The notes: a model not told the origin generated them from the letters alone. Shown: positions 1-13,477, counted from the first letter of the stretch. The stretch: DNA of 35,227 bases from an uncultured Bacillota bacterium (GCA_947165195.1 CAMUZJ010000002.1:1-35227); one strand, 5' to 3'. Numbers and translations: made by a program.

Positions 1-2663
1 GTTTCCGTCAAAACTTATTAGGAAAACGTGTTGACTATTCTGGACGTAGTGTTATTGTTGTTGGTCCATCTCTTAAGATGTATCAATGCGGTATTCCAAA
101 AGAAATGGCTCTTGAATTGTTTAAACCACATGTTATTCATGGTTTAACAGAAAAAGGTATTGCTCATAACATTAAAGCAGCTAAAAAATTAATCGATAAT
201 CAAGATCCTGTTGTTTGGGATATAGTAGAAGAAGTTATTAAAGAACATCCAGTTATGCTTAATAGAGCACCAACTCTACATAGATTAGGTATTCAAGCAT
301 TTGAGCCAATATTAGTTGGTGGAAAAGCAATTAGATTACACCCATTAGTTTGTCCAGCATTTAATGCAGATTTTGATGGTGACCAAATGGCTGTTCATGT
401 ACCTATTTCAGAAGAAGCTCAAGCAGAAGCTAGACTTTTAATGTTAGGTTCTAATAATATCTTACATCCAAAATCAGGAGATCCAATTGTTACTCCTTCT
501 CAAGATATGGTTTTAGGTAACTACTATATTACTATGGAAAAAGCTGGAGAAGAAGGAGAAGGTAGAGTATTTAAAGATTCTAATGAAGCTTTAATGGCTT
601 ACGAAAGAAAAGAAATCACCCTACATACCCGTATAGCAATTCCAGTAAATTCATTTAAATATAAATTATTTACGGAAAGTCAAAAGGGTAAATATTTAGT
701 AACTACCGTTGGTAAGATTAAATTTAATGAAATATTGCCAGATTCATTTGCTTATATTAATGAACCAACTCCTGATAATATTTCAAATATTACACCTAAT
801 AAGTATTTCTTAGAAAAAGGAACTAATATTCCAGAAGCTATTAAAGAAATGGAATTAGTTAAACCATTTGCTAAGAGTACATTAGAAAAAATAATAGCTC
901 AAGTATTTAAGAGATATAAAACAACTGAGACATCAGCAATGCTTGATAAAATGAAAGATTTAGGTTTCTATTATTCAACAATTGCTGGTATTACAGTTAG
1001 TATGGCAGATGTTGTAATTAGTAAGAACAAACCTGCAATCGTTGCTGAAAGCCAAAAAGTTGTTGATAAGATTAATAAACAATATAAACGTGGTCTTATT
1101 ACTGAAGAAGAAAGATTTAATAAAGTTATTGAAACTTGGAATGGAGCTACTGACCAAGTAAAAGCTGAACTTGAAGAGGTTGCCCACTCAGATGTAGATA
1201 ATCCAATCTTCATCATGATGAACTCTAAAGCTCGTGGTAACATTTCAAACTTTACACAAGTTGCTGGTATGCGTGGTATTATGGCTAAACCAGATGGATC
1301 ATCTGTTGAAATTCCAGTTCTTTCAAACTTCATTGAAGGTTTGTCAGTTGCTGAATTCTTCTTATCAACTCATGGGGCTCGTAAAGGTTCTGCAGATACT
1401 GCATTAAAAACTGCAGACTCAGGATACTTAACTCGTCGTTTAGTTGATGTTTCTCAAGACTTAATTGTTAGAGAAAATGATTGTGGAACTGATCAAGGTG
1501 TTGTTGTATCATCATTTATCAATGAAAAGACTGGTTCTGTTATCGAAAGTTTAAGAGATCGTATTGTTGGTCGTTTTGCTAATAAAAAAATCGTTCATCC
1601 AGAAACAAAAGAAGTTATTGTTGAAAAATTAGAGATGATAACAGAATCTTTAGCAGATAAAATCATTGCTGCTGGTATTACAGAAGTTGAAATTAGAACA
1701 ATTTTAACTTGTGGTACTGCAAATGGTGTATGTCAAAAATGTTATGGACGTAACTTAGCAACAGGAAACTTAGTTGAAATTGGGGAAGCTATTGGTGTTA
1801 TGGCTGCTCAATCAATAGGTGAGCCGGGTACTCAGTTAACAATGCGTACATTCCACTCTGGTGGAGTTGCTCACGGTGGTGATGCCGATATTACTCAAGG
1901 TCTTCCTCGTGTTCAAGAATTATTTGAAGCTAGAAATCCAAAAGCTAAAGCAACTATTGCTGAAATTGATGGTAAGATTTCAAAAATTAAAGAAGAACAT
2001 GGTAAATATAAAATTAGTATTACTAATAAGCTAGAGACAAAAGAGCATGTAACAAACTACGGTTCTAAATTGTGTGTTGAAACTGGTGATATGGTTAATT
2101 GTGGTGATAAGTTAACGGAAGGTGCTATTAGTCCAAAAGAATTATTAGCAGTTACAGATCCTATTACTACACAAAACTATATATTAAAAGAAGTTCAATA
2201 TACATATCGTTCTCAAGGTGTTGATATTTCAGATAAACATATTGAAGTTATTGCACGTAGAATGATTTCTAAGATTAGAATAGTTGAAGGTGGAGATACA
2301 AGATTCTTACCTGGTAGCTTAGTAAACTTCAAAGAATTTACAGAAGGTAATAAAGAAGCTGTTATTAATGGTAAGACACCAGCTTTAGGTAAACCAATAC
2401 TTTTAGGAATTACAAAAGCTGCACTTGAGACTGATTCATTCTTATCAGCTGCATCATTCCAAGAGACAACTCGTATCTTAACTGATGCTGCTATTAAAGG
2501 AAAGGTTGATCCATTATCTGGATTAAAAGAAAATGTAATTATTGGTAAGCTTATTCCGGCAGGTACTGGAAGTAAGGCTTATAGAGAAGTTGATTTTGAT
2601 TTAAAAACAGAATTTATGGATGAAGAGCCACTAGAAAAATTAGAAAATCAATTTATGGGGTAA
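1..2663 (+). CDS. rpoC: DNA-directed RNA polymerase beta' subunit, 3' portion (5' end lies outside the window)
   Basis: The frame is open from nt 3 ([26 protein letters not shown]...), so the Met at 78 is internal. It carries the NADFDGDQM catalytic motif and a conserved trigger-loop/C-terminal region. It sits in rpoC-rpsL-rpsG-fusA-tuf synteny. Confidence 0.97.
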   Translation, partial: FRQNLLGKRVDYSGRSVIVVGPSLKMYQCGIPKEMALELFKPHVIHGLTEKGIAHNIKAAKKLIDNQDPVVWDIVEEVIKEHPVMLNRAPTLHRLGIQAFEPILVGGKAIRLHPLVCPAFNADFDGDQMAVHVPISEEAQAEARLLMLGSNNILHPKSGDPIVTPSQDMVLGNYYITMEKAGEEGEGRVFKDSNEALMAYERKEITLHTRIAIPVNSFKYKLFTESQKGKYLVTTVGKIKFNEILPDSFAYINEPTPDNISNITPNKYFLEKGTNIPEAIKEMELVKPFAKSTLEKIIAQVFKRYKTTETSAMLDKMKDLGFYYSTIAGITVSMADVVISKNKPAIVAESQKVVDKINKQYKRGLITEEERFNKVIETWNGATDQVKAELEEVAHSDVDNPIFIMMNSKARGNISNFTQVAGMRGIMAKPDGSSVEIPVLSNFIEGLSVAEFFLSTHGARKGSADTALKTADSGYLTRRLVDVSQDLIVRENDCGTDQGVVVSSFINEKTGSVIESLRDRIVGRFANKKIVHPETKEVIVEKLEMITESLADKIIAAGITEVEIRTILTCGTANGVCQKCYGRNLATGNLVEIGEAIGVMAAQSIGEPGTQLTMRTFHSGGVAHGGDADITQGLPRVQELFEARNPKAKATIAEIDGKISKIKEEHGKYKISITNKLETKEHVTNYGSKLCVETGDMVNCGDKLTEGAISPKELLAVTDPITTQNYILKEVQYTYRSQGVDISDKHIEVIARRMISKIRIVEGGDTRFLPGSLVNFKEFTEGNKEAVINGKTPALGKPILLGITKAALETDSFLSAASFQETTRILTDAAIKGKVDPLSGLKENVIIGKLIPAGTGSKAYREVDFDLKTEFMDEEPLEKLENQFMG

Positions 2664-2686
2664 GAGATTCTTACCTCTTTTTTTCT
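2659..2686 (+). terminator. Intrinsic terminator after rpoC
   Basis: Stem ggtaaga (2659-2665) pairs with tcttacc (2669-2675). It is followed by tcttttttt and overlaps the rpoC stop codon. Confidence 0.6.
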
Positions 2687-2768
2687 AATATAAAAAGATA
2701 TAATTATTACTAAAAGTAGTTATTTTTAAAATTTTATAGAAATGAATAATAATAATAAACTTTTCCTA

Positions 2769-2797
2769 TTGACATAGTTTTATATAAGTGATATATT
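2769..2797 (+). promoter_or_regulatory. Sigma-A type promoter for the rpsL operon
   Basis: TTGACA (2769-2774), a 17-nt spacer, then TATATT (2792-2797), about 100 nt upstream of rpsL. Confidence 0.55.
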
Positions 2798-2895
2798 AAT
2801 ATCGCTTGTTAAATATCTTTGCTTTTTTATGCAAAGATTTATTTAAAGGGTAAAATGATACACCTGGATATGTGTGAAGAAAGGAGACTGATTTT

Positions 2896-3309
2896 ATGCC
2901 TACAATTAACCAATTAGTTCATAATAAACGTAAGAATAAGGTAAGAAAAAGTAAAGCACCAGTTCTTGGTATTGGATTAAATAGTATTAAGAATAAAGCA
3001 ACGGATGTTAATTCTCCTCAAAAACGTGGAGTTTGTACTCGTGTTGGTACTAAAACACCTAAAAAACCAAACTCAGCATTACGTAAGTATGCTCGTGTTC
3101 GTTTATCTAATGGTAAAGAAGTAGATACTTATATTCCTGGTATTGGACACAACTTACAAGAACATAGTGTTGTCCTAATTCGTGGTGGTCGTGTTAAGGA
3201 CTTAATCGGAGTTCGTTATCACATCATCCGTGGTACATTAGATACTGCAGGAGTTAAAGATCGTATGCAAGGACGTAGTAAATACGGTGCAAAAAGACCT
3301 AAAAAATAG
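2896..3309 (+). CDS. rpsL: 30S ribosomal protein S12
   Basis: An AAGGAG RBS precedes the start. It contains [30 protein letters not shown] and [26 protein letters not shown]. The Ile where Pro is expected is discussed in the findings. Confidence 0.98.
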   Translation: MPTINQLVHNKRKNKVRKSKAPVLGIGLNSIKNKATDVNSPQKRGVCTRVGTKTPKKPNSALRKYARVRLSNGKEVDTYIPGIGHNLQEHSVVLIRGGRVKDLIGVRYHIIRGTLDTAGVKDRMQGRSKYGAKRPKK

Positions 3310-3343
3310 AATATAAAAATATACTTGAAGGGAGGAAAAATAC

Positions 3344-3811
3344 ATGCGTAAGAGACGTGCTGTAAAAAGAGATATTTTAGCAGATCCTATCTACAAATCT
3401 AAAGTAGTTGCTAAATTAATTAACACTATTATGTTAGATGGTAAAAAAGGTATCGCTCAAAGTATCGTTTATCAAGCTTTGGATACAGTAAAGACTAAAA
3501 CTGGTAATGAACCAATTGAAGTATTTACTCAAGCAATGGAAAATATTAAGCCACAATTAGAAGTTAAATCACGTCGTGTTGGTGGTTCTAACTATCAAGT
3601 TCCTGTTGAAGTTACTCCAGCTAGAAGCGAAGCTTTAGCTCTTAGATGGTTAACAAAATATTCACGTGAACGTGGTGGAAAAGGTATGGCCGATAATTTG
3701 GCAAATGAAATAATTGATGCATCTAATGGAACTGGTGCAGCAGTTAAAAAACGTGAAGATACTCATAGAATGGCTGAGGCTAATAAGGCTTTCGCTCATT
3801 ATAGATGGTAG
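3344..3811 (+). CDS. rpsG: 30S ribosomal protein S7
   Basis: A GGGAGG RBS precedes the start. The sequence is typical of S7 ([23 protein letters not shown]-terminus). Confidence 0.98.
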   Translation: MRKRRAVKRDILADPIYKSKVVAKLINTIMLDGKKGIAQSIVYQALDTVKTKTGNEPIEVFTQAMENIKPQLEVKSRRVGGSNYQVPVEVTPARSEALALRWLTKYSRERGGKGMADNLANEIIDASNGTGAAVKKREDTHRMAEANKAFAHYRW

Positions 3812-3823
3812 GAAGGAGTAATT

Positions 3824-5893
3824 ATGGCAAGAGATACGTCTTTAGAAAAGACTAGAAATATTGGAATAATGGCTCATATTGATGCAGGTAAGACTACTTG
3901 TACTGAAAGAATCTTATTCCATACAGGAGTTACTCATAAAATTGGAGAAACTCATGACGGTGAATCTCAAATGGACTGGATGGCACAAGAACAAGAACGT
4001 GGTATTACTATCACATCTGCTGCTACTACTGCTCATTGGAAGGGACATCGTTTGAATATTATCGATACCCCTGGACACGTAGATTTTACAATCGAAGTTT
4101 CAAGATCTTTACGTGTATTAGATGGTGCTGTTGCATTAATTGATGCACAAGCAGGAGTTGAACCTCAAACTGAAACAGTTTGGAGACAAGCTTCTGAATT
4201 CAAAGTTCCTAGAATTATTTTTGCCAACAAAATGGATAAAATGGGAGCAAATTTTGAATATAGTTTAGGAACAATAAAAGATCGTTTAGGAGTTAATTCT
4301 AAACCTATTGAATGGCCAATTGGGGCTGAAGATCAATTTAGTGGAGTTATTGATTTAGTTACAATGAAAGCTTATCAATATGATGGACAGCAAGCTGAAA
4401 ATCCAACTGAAATTGAAATTCCAGCAGAATTACAATCAATAGCTGAAGAAAAAAGAGCAGAATTAATTGATGCAGTTGCTGAATTTGATGAAGATATGAT
4501 GATGACATATCTTGATGGTGGAGAAGTATCTAATGATATGATTAAATCCGCTATTAGAAAAGGAGTACTAGCTGCTGAGTTTTTCCCAGTTATGTGTGGT
4601 ACTGCTCTAGGAAACAAAGGTATTAAGTTATTACTAGATGCTGTTGTTGATTATTTACCAAGTCCTTTAGATATAGGAGCTGTTAAAGGAACTGATTTGG
4701 ATGGAAAAGAAGCTGAGCGTAAACCTGATGACAATGAACCATTTAGTTCACTAGCATTCAAAGTTATGACTGATCCATTTGTTGGACGTTTAACATTCTT
4801 TAGAGTTTATTCAGGACATTTATCAAGTGGTTCTTATGTATTAAATTCAACAAAAAGATCAAAAGAAAGAATTGGTCGTATTTTACAAATGCATGCTAAT
4901 AATCGTAAAGAAATTACAGATGTATATTCTGGAGATATAGCAGCTGCTGTAGGACTTAAAAATACTACAACTGGAGATACTTTATGTGATGAAAAGAAAC
5001 CAATTATTCTTGAAAGCTTAGTAGTACCAGAACCAGTTATTCAATTAGCTGTTGAACCAAAATCAAAAGCTGATCAAGATAAAATGGCAATAGCATTACA
5101 AAAACTTGCAGAAGAAGATCCTACATTTAAAGTTCATACTGATCATGAAACTGGTCAAACAGTTATAGCTGGTATGGGTGAATTACACCTTGATGTATTA
5201 GTAGATCGTATGAAACGTGAATTTAATGTAGAAGCAAATGTTGGTGCTCCACAAGTTGCTTACCGTGAAACAATTAAGCAAGAAGCTGAATGTGAAGGTA
5301 AATATATTAAACAATCAGGTGGACGTGGACAATACGGACACGTATGGATTAAATTTGAGCCAAATCCTGATAAAGGTTATGAATTCGTTGATCAAATCGT
5401 TGGTGGAGTTGTTCCTCGTGAATATATTCCAGTTGTTGATAAAGGATTACAAGAAGCATTACAAACAGGTGTACTTGCTGGTTACCCTATGATTGACGTT
5501 AAAGCTACATTATTTGATGGTTCATATCATGATGTAGACTCAAATGAAATGGCATTTAAGATTGCCGCTAGCTTTGCTTTAAAAGAAGCTAAAAATAAAT
5601 GTAAACCTGTGTTACTTGAACCAATTATGAAGGTTGATGTTATTACTCCAGAAGAATATTTTGGTAATGTAATGGGAGATTTAACATCTCGCCGTGGTAA
5701 ACCTTTAGGTCAAGAAGCACAAGGAAATGCTGTTAAATTAAGCGCTATGGTTCCACTTTCAGAAATGTTTGGATATGCAACTACTTTACGTTCAAATACA
5801 CAAGGTAGAGCTAACTTTATCATGCAACCAGATCATTATGAAGAAGTTCCAAAGAATATTGCTGATGAAATTATAAAAAAGAGTGGAAATTAA
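3824..5893 (+). CDS. fusA: Elongation factor G
   Basis: It has the [10 protein letters not shown]-loop and the DTPGHVDF and NKMD GTPase motifs, at full length (689 aa). Confidence 0.98.
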   Translation: MARDTSLEKTRNIGIMAHIDAGKTTCTERILFHTGVTHKIGETHDGESQMDWMAQEQERGITITSAATTAHWKGHRLNIIDTPGHVDFTIEVSRSLRVLDGAVALIDAQAGVEPQTETVWRQASEFKVPRIIFANKMDKMGANFEYSLGTIKDRLGVNSKPIEWPIGAEDQFSGVIDLVTMKAYQYDGQQAENPTEIEIPAELQSIAEEKRAELIDAVAEFDEDMMMTYLDGGEVSNDMIKSAIRKGVLAAEFFPVMCGTALGNKGIKLLLDAVVDYLPSPLDIGAVKGTDLDGKEAERKPDDNEPFSSLAFKVMTDPFVGRLTFFRVYSGHLSSGSYVLNSTKRSKERIGRILQMHANNRKEITDVYSGDIAAAVGLKNTTTGDTLCDEKKPIILESLVVPEPVIQLAVEPKSKADQDKMAIALQKLAEEDPTFKVHTDHETGQTVIAGMGELHLDVLVDRMKREFNVEANVGAPQVAYRETIKQEAECEGKYIKQSGGRGQYGHVWIKFEPNPDKGYEFVDQIVGGVVPREYIPVVDKGLQEALQTGVLAGYPMIDVKATLFDGSYHDVDSNEMAFKIAASFALKEAKNKCKPVLLEPIMKVDVITPEEYFGNVMGDLTSRRGKPLGQEAQGNAVKLSAMVPLSEMFGYATTLRSNTQGRANFIMQPDHYEEVPKNIADEIIKKSGN

Positions 5894-5914
5894 ATAAATA
5901 ATGTATCAAAATAG

Positions 5915-5943
5915 TTGAAAAACTTTCAATTATTAGATAAAAT
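5915..5943 (+). promoter_or_regulatory. Internal promoter ahead of tuf
   Basis: TTGAAA (5915-5920), a 17-nt spacer, then TAAAAT (5938-5943) in the fusA-tuf spacer. Confidence 0.45.
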
Positions 5944-5977
5944 AAATGTTGTAATACAAATAGGAGGAAATTAAATT

Positions 5978-7162
5978 ATGGCAAAAGAAAAATTTGATCG
6001 TTCAAAACCACATGTTAACATTGGTACAATTGGACACGTAGATCATGGTAAAACTACATTAACTGCTGCTATTTCAAAATGTTTAGCTGGTAAAAATGGT
6101 AACCAAGCTGTTGATTTTGCTAACATTGATAAAGCACCAGAAGAAAGAGAACGTGGAATTACTATTAATACTGCACATATTGAGTACAGTACTAATAATA
6201 GACATTATGCACACGTAGACTGCCCAGGACATGCTGATTATGTTAAAAACATGATTACGGGAGCTGCACAAATGGATGGAGCAATCTTAGTTATTGCTGC
6301 AACTGATGGACCTATGGCACAAACTCGTGAACATATCTTACTTGCTCGTCAAGTTGGAGTACCTAAAATGGTAGTATTCATGAATAAATGTGATATGGTT
6401 GATGATCCAGAATTATTAGATTTAGTAGAAATGGATATTCGTGACTTATTAAATGAATATGGTTTCGATGGAGATAACACTCCAATAATCCGTGGTTCAG
6501 CATTAAAAGCACTTGAAGGAGATCCTGAATGGGTTGGTAAAATTGATGAATTAATGGAAGCTGTTGATACATGGATTCCAACTCCAGAAAGAGATAATGA
6601 TAAACCATTCTTAATGAGTATTGAAGATGTATTCACAATTACAGGTCGTGGTACAGTTGTTACTGGACGTGTTGAACGTGGACAATTAAAATTAAACGAT
6701 GAAGTAGAAATCGTTGGTATTAAAGAAACTAAGAAAACAGTAGTTACTGGAATTGAAATGTTCCGTAAACAATTAGATTTTGCAGAAGCTGGAGATAACG
6801 CTGGAGTATTATTACGTGGTATTTCTCGTGAAGAAGTTGAACGTGGACAAGTTCTTGCTAAACCAGGAACAGTTACACCTCATCATAAATTTAAAGCTGC
6901 AGTTTACGTATTAAGCAAAGAAGAAGGAGGACGTCATACACCATTCTTTACAAACTATCGTCCACAATTCTATTTCAGAACTACAGATGTTACTGGTGTA
7001 ATTACTTTACCAGAAGGTGTAGAAATGGTTATGCCAGGTGATAACGTTAATATTGATGTTGAATTAATTCACTCAATCGCACTTGAACAAGGTACTAAAT
7101 TCTCTATTCGTGAAGGTGGACGTACTGTAGGTGCTGGTAACGTTACTGAAATCGTTGAATAA
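5978..7162 (+). CDS. tuf: Elongation factor Tu
   Basis: An AGGAGG RBS precedes the start. It has the [17 protein letters not shown] and NKCD motifs (394 aa). Confidence 0.98.
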   Translation: MAKEKFDRSKPHVNIGTIGHVDHGKTTLTAAISKCLAGKNGNQAVDFANIDKAPEERERGITINTAHIEYSTNNRHYAHVDCPGHADYVKNMITGAAQMDGAILVIAATDGPMAQTREHILLARQVGVPKMVVFMNKCDMVDDPELLDLVEMDIRDLLNEYGFDGDNTPIIRGSALKALEGDPEWVGKIDELMEAVDTWIPTPERDNDKPFLMSIEDVFTITGRGTVVTGRVERGQLKLNDEVEIVGIKETKKTVVTGIEMFRKQLDFAEAGDNAGVLLRGISREEVERGQVLAKPGTVTPHHKFKAAVYVLSKEEGGRHTPFFTNYRPQFYFRTTDVTGVITLPEGVEMVMPGDNVNIDVELIHSIALEQGTKFSIREGGRTVGAGNVTEIVE

Positions 7163-7166
7163 TAAT

Positions 7167-7198
7167 AAAAAAATCAGATTTAACTCTGATTTTTTTTA
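7167..7198. terminator. Bidirectional terminator between convergent tuf and the FemAB-family gene
   Basis: Stem atcaga (7173-7178) pairs with tctgat (7185-7190). An A-run lies upstream and a T-run downstream. The hairpin overlaps the last codons of the minus-strand CDS. Confidence 0.6.
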
Positions 7199-8433
7199 TT
7201 TTTATTAAAGCTTTTATATAAATTATAAGAAAATTTATTTAAGATAATATCAAATTCTCCTATATATTCACTAATGGTTGTATTAAAACCTAATTTTTTT
7301 TCATTTAAAATATTGTGCTGATTTTCCCCATCAAAATCACCTATAATTCCACCTAAATTTAAGTACTTTAAGTTTCTATTAGTGTAGTCTTCAATCATTT
7401 TCCATTTTAAAACATATTCACAATTTTGAGATTTATATTTAGGGTCGATACTTTCTATAATAATAAATGCAGCATTATCATAAATAATAACAATAGCTCC
7501 ACCAATAATAATTCCTTCTGGATATTGCTTTAACAGTTCTGTGGCTTGAATTAAGGAATTCTTATAAGAATCCAATAATTTATCGGATTCCATTTTTTTA
7601 TTTAAAATATTATTGGCTTGTCTTTCATCTAAAGATTGATCTTGAATCATATTAGATAAAACACTATTATTCTCTAATTCCTTTTCATACGCTCTTCTAC
7701 TGTTAAGAGTAAATGTTTCAGTGTTAATTTTAGCATAATATACTTCGGCATTTTCTCCAAAATATTTTAGTAATTGTTCATAGTATGATTTTGGTTTTTT
7801 ATTTTCATCACTTACAAATTTATAAAATTTCTCAATATCGTTTGAATCATCTCTGTATGCCTCTATTCCAAAATTTAAAGCCTTTCTAAGCTTGTTTCTT
7901 GTCCTTTTTTCTAATTTAGAGAACATCTCATCAATGCTATTATTTAAAATTACTAATCCTTCCCATCTCGGTTTCTCTGTTTCGAAGGCTTTAGTTTTTC
8001 CCTTATAGGTAAATCCAACACTTTTTAAGTTATCAATTATTTTGTTTCCTTTATTGTTAAAGTTCATAATGGTCCCATTAGAGTCTCTTATTGTGATAGG
8101 AATATAAGGATCCATTCTAAGAAGCATGAAACCTTGTTTACCTAATACTTGTTTTATCTTTTTTGTTGCTTCTTCTAAATCTTCTAAATTTTCATAATTG
8201 TATAATATTCCCCTAGGTGCATAAGCTATTTTATTACTCATAAAAACTTGCTTATAAAGAATTAATGTTGCACCGATTAATTTATTTGTATCACTTACAA
8301 TTCCTAAATAGTGAATATTATAACCAAATTTTGTCATTAAAGTTCCATAGGTACTAGTTTGATAATAATTGCGATAGCGATGACTTTGAGCAAATTTATT
8401 AAATTGTTCTGAGCTTAATGTAACTATCCTCAT
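7180..8433 (-). CDS. FemAB-family aminoacyl-tRNA-dependent peptidoglycan interpeptide-bridge transferase (FemX/MurM-like)
   Basis: The N-terminus is Fem-like (LSSEQFNKFAQSH...YYQTSTYG). There is a central coiled-coil insertion (ELENNSVLSNMIQDQSLDERQANNILNKKMESDKLL) as in the FemA helical arm. I place the start at ATG 8433, 6 nt after AGAGGTG, rather than at the GTG at 8442 used by the ORF track. Confidence 0.8.
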   Translation of the reverse strand: MRIVTLSSEQFNKFAQSHRYRNYYQTSTYGTLMTKFGYNIHYLGIVSDTNKLIGATLILYKQVFMSNKIAYAPRGILYNYENLEDLEEATKKIKQVLGKQGFMLLRMDPYIPITIRDSNGTIMNFNNKGNKIIDNLKSVGFTYKGKTKAFETEKPRWEGLVILNNSIDEMFSKLEKRTRNKLRKALNFGIEAYRDDSNDIEKFYKFVSDENKKPKSYYEQLLKYFGENAEVYYAKINTETFTLNSRRAYEKELENNSVLSNMIQDQSLDERQANNILNKKMESDKLLDSYKNSLIQATELLKQYPEGIIIGGAIVIIYDNAAFIIIESIDPKYKSQNCEYVLKWKMIEDYTNRNLKYLNLGGIIGDFDGENQHNILNEKKLGFNTTISEYIGEFDIILNKFSYNLYKSFNKNKKNQS

Positions 8434-8553
8434 CAACAACACCTCTTTATACTCTTATATTATACCATAGATTTTTCTGCTCTTTCAATAATCTAGAAAA
8501 AAATCAAGTGGTTAAATTTGATAATATATAGTATAATACTAATGGTGGTAAAA

Positions 8554-11131
<2,578 letters not shown>

Positions 11132-11136
11132 TCTTC

Positions 11137-11165
11137 TTGACAAAAATAACATATAATTTTATAAT
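11137..11165 (+). promoter_or_regulatory. Consensus sigma-A promoter for the proS leader
   Basis: TTGACA (11137-11142), a 17-nt spacer, then TATAAT (11160-11165), immediately after the eno stop. Confidence 0.7.
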
Positions 11166-11171
11166 AAAGAA

Positions 11172-11385
11172 AATTTATATAAATCTATAAGAAAGACCAA
11201 TACTTTATTAGCTCTTATTCAAAGGGAGTTAAGGATAGTGAGACCTTAATAATAATCTAATAGAGTTCCTAACTTTCTTGGAGGAGTTTATCTCTCGGTG
11301 TATTAACATCGTTATTAAAATAAGTAAAATTAAGGATGGTACCGTGCTTTATGCACTCCTTTTAGGTACTATCCTTTTATTTTGG
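11172..11385 (+). promoter_or_regulatory. T-box leader (proline specifier) controlling proS
   Basis: The T-box sequence AAGGAUGGUACCGUG lies at 11332-11346. Its antiterminator has helix A1 AAGGA/UCCUU, bulge UGGUACC and helix A2 GUGC/GCAC. An AGUGAGA motif lies at 11237-11243. The Stem I lower helix is aagaaag/ctttctt, with CCU (11268-11270) followed by A immediately 5' of the closing helix. The terminator helix is 11332-11343/11365-11376, followed by UUAUUUUG. Confidence 0.85.
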
Positions 11386-11396
11386 GAGGTTAAAAT

Positions 11397-13085
11397 ATGA
11401 AATTAAGTAATAGTTATTTTACTACATTAAAAGAAAATGTAAAAGATGAAGAATCAGTAAGTGCCAACTTATTAGTTAGAGCTGGTATGATTAAAAAATC
11501 ATCTAGTGGTATTTATACATTTTTACCATTAGGTCTAAAAACATTAAGAAAAATAGAAAATATTGTAAGAGAAGAAATGAATAAAATAGATTCTCAAGAA
11601 TTAGTAATGCCATCTTTATTACCTGAAGAAGTTTATATACAAAGTGGTAGAAGAGAAATATTTGGTCATGATATGTTTACTTTAAAAGATAGATTTAATA
11701 GAAATTATGCATTAGGGCCTACTCATGAAGAATTATTTGTAGAAGTAGCAAAAGATGTTATAAAGTCCTATAAAGATATGCCTATTAGTCTATATCAAAT
11801 GGCAACAAAATATAGAGATGAACCTAGAAGTAGATATGGACTTATTAGAACTCGTGAATTTGTTATGAAAGATGCTTATACTTTTGACAAGGATTTAGAA
11901 GGATTAGATAAATCCTATGCTTTAATGTTTCAAGCATATAAGAATATCTTTGATAGAGTAGGATTAAACTATAAAATAGTTAAGGCATCTACTGGAGCTA
12001 TGGGAGGACTTTTATCAGAAGAATTTCAAGCTGTTTGTGACATAGGAGAAGATGTATTAGTTTTATGTGATTCTTGTGGATTTGCTTCTAATATTGAAAT
12101 ATGTGAATGTAAACAAGGAGAAGTTAAATGTGAAGAGATAAAACAAAAAGAATTAGTATCTACTCCTCATATGAAAACCATTGAAGAAGTATCTGCCTAT
12201 TTAAAAGTAGATGTTAAAACTACAGTTAAAACATTAATATACAAAGCAAATGATAAGTATTATGCTTGCCTAATCCGTGGAGATAGAGAAGTTAATGAAT
12301 TAAAATTAGCTACCTTACTAGGTGTAAATGAAGTAGAATTAGCTTTACCTGAAGAAGATAGTAAGATTACTGGGGCAGAAGTAGGTTTTGCTGGACCTAT
12401 TGGATTAAATATACCAGTTATTGTAGATTTAGAAGTAAATACTATGAGTAACTTTGTTGTAGGAGCTAATAAAACAGACTATCATTTCATAAACGCTAAT
12501 TTGAGTGACTTTGATATTTATAAAATTTCTGATATTAGAAATGTATGTGAAGATGATTGTTGTCCTGAATGTGGCTTTAAATTAACCTTTAAAAAAGGAA
12601 TAGAGGTAGGAAATACTTTTAAACTAGGAACGAAATATTGTGAAAGCCTAAACTTACAATACAGTGATCAAGATAATACTTTAAAATATCCATATATGGG
12701 TTGTTATGGAATAGGAATAGCCAGAGTATTATCAGCATTTATTGAGCAAAACCATGATGAATACGGAATTATCTTTTCAGATAGTATTTCTCCATATGAT
12801 ATTCATTTAATAGTTGTTAATAATAAAGATGAAGTACAAATGAAATTAGCGAACTCTATATATGAAAGTTTATTATCTAAAGGATATGATGTATTATTTG
12901 ATGATAGAGATGTTAGAGCTGGCATTAAATTTAGTGATGCAGACTTAATTGGAATATCCAAAAGAATTACTGTAGGAAGAGATGCAGTTAATAATGAAGT
13001 GGAATATAAAAATAGAAAAGATTTTGAATCTCAAAAATATTCTTTTGATCAACTATTAGATTTGCTAAGTGAAAAAACAAATTAG
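11397..13085 (+). CDS. proS: Prolyl-tRNA synthetase (bacterial type with INS editing domain)
   Basis: It has class II aaRS motifs (YQMATKYRDEPRSRYGLIRTREF, GCYGIGIARV). Its length of 562 aa is consistent with an inserted editing domain. The T-box(Pro) lies upstream. Confidence 0.95.
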   Translation: MKLSNSYFTTLKENVKDEESVSANLLVRAGMIKKSSSGIYTFLPLGLKTLRKIENIVREEMNKIDSQELVMPSLLPEEVYIQSGRREIFGHDMFTLKDRFNRNYALGPTHEELFVEVAKDVIKSYKDMPISLYQMATKYRDEPRSRYGLIRTREFVMKDAYTFDKDLEGLDKSYALMFQAYKNIFDRVGLNYKIVKASTGAMGGLLSEEFQAVCDIGEDVLVLCDSCGFASNIEICECKQGEVKCEEIKQKELVSTPHMKTIEEVSAYLKVDVKTTVKTLIYKANDKYYACLIRGDREVNELKLATLLGVNEVELALPEEDSKITGAEVGFAGPIGLNIPVIVDLEVNTMSNFVVGANKTDYHFINANLSDFDIYKISDIRNVCEDDCCPECGFKLTFKKGIEVGNTFKLGTKYCESLNLQYSDQDNTLKYPYMGCYGIGIARVLSAFIEQNHDEYGIIFSDSISPYDIHLIVVNNKDEVQMKLANSIYESLLSKGYDVLFDDRDVRAGIKFSDADLIGISKRITVGRDAVNNEVEYKNRKDFESQKYSFDQLLDLLSEKTN

Positions 13086-13149
13086 AGATTTATTGCATAT
13101 ATTATCTATTTATGATATTATATATGTGTTATAAAAACGGAGGTGTGTT

Positions 13150-13368
13150 ATGGAAGCAGCACTTTTAATTGTATCAATATTATTAATTATAATAGTTCTT
13201 TTACAAAGTGGTAAGGCAGAAGGTGCCGCACGTATTTTATCTGGCGGTGGCACGGAATTGTTTACAAATAGAAAAGAACGTGGATCTGAATTATTCATTA
13301 CTAGGTTAACGTTTGTATTAGGAATGATTTTCTTTTTAATAAGTTTAATTGCCATGTTTATTAGTTAA
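13150..13368 (+). CDS. secG: Preprotein translocase subunit SecG
   Basis: This 72-aa protein has two TM segments and an LLQSGKAEG...GGG loop typical of SecG. A GGAGGTG RBS precedes it, and it sits in secG-rnr-smpB synteny. Confidence 0.85.
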   Translation: MEAALLIVSILLIIIVLLQSGKAEGAARILSGGGTELFTNRKERGSELFITRLTFVLGMIFFLISLIAMFIS

Positions 13369-13383
13369 TTACTAAAAAGGATA

Positions 13384-13416
13384 AGTAAGCACGATTTATG
13401 TGTTTACTTTTTTTTG
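13384..13416 (+). terminator. Intrinsic terminator after secG
   Basis: Stem aagtaagcac pairs with gtgtttactt (one G-U pair), followed by a T-run. Confidence 0.7.
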
Positions 13417-13477
13417 GAAAATAATACTAGTGCCGTATAATAAAATACAGTATAATACTAATATAGAAGGTGTTTAA

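Noticed and set aside
78-80. The ATG at 78 is given as the start of the 861-aa ORF.
   Set aside because: The frame is open from nt 3, and the upstream residues ([22 protein letters not shown]) are conserved RpoC sequence. The gene is truncated by the window edge, and this Met is internal.
971-1333. Two minus-strand ORFs (120 aa and 70 aa) lie inside rpoC.
   Set aside because: They are antisense to a highly conserved CDS. Their composition is low-complexity Ser/Leu/Ile-rich, as expected from the reverse complement of AT-rich coding DNA. There is no RBS.
2742-2777. An 11-aa ORF (MNNNNKLFLLT) lies in the rpoC-rpsL spacer.
   Set aside because: It has no RBS, it overlaps the predicted -35 box, and it is an AT-rich chance ORF.
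4375-5492. ORFs at 4375..4617 (-) and 5238..5492 (+) lie within fusA.
   Set aside because: They are embedded in, or out of frame with, the conserved EF-G CDS. They have no start context and no recognisable motifs.
6083-6636. Three minus-strand ORFs lie inside tuf.
   Set aside because: They are antisense shadows of EF-Tu with no RBS and no homology features.
13110-13355. An 81-aa minus-strand ORF lies opposite secG.
   Set aside because: The plus-strand product has the SecG signature, a GGAGGTG RBS and conserved synteny. The antisense ORF has none of these.
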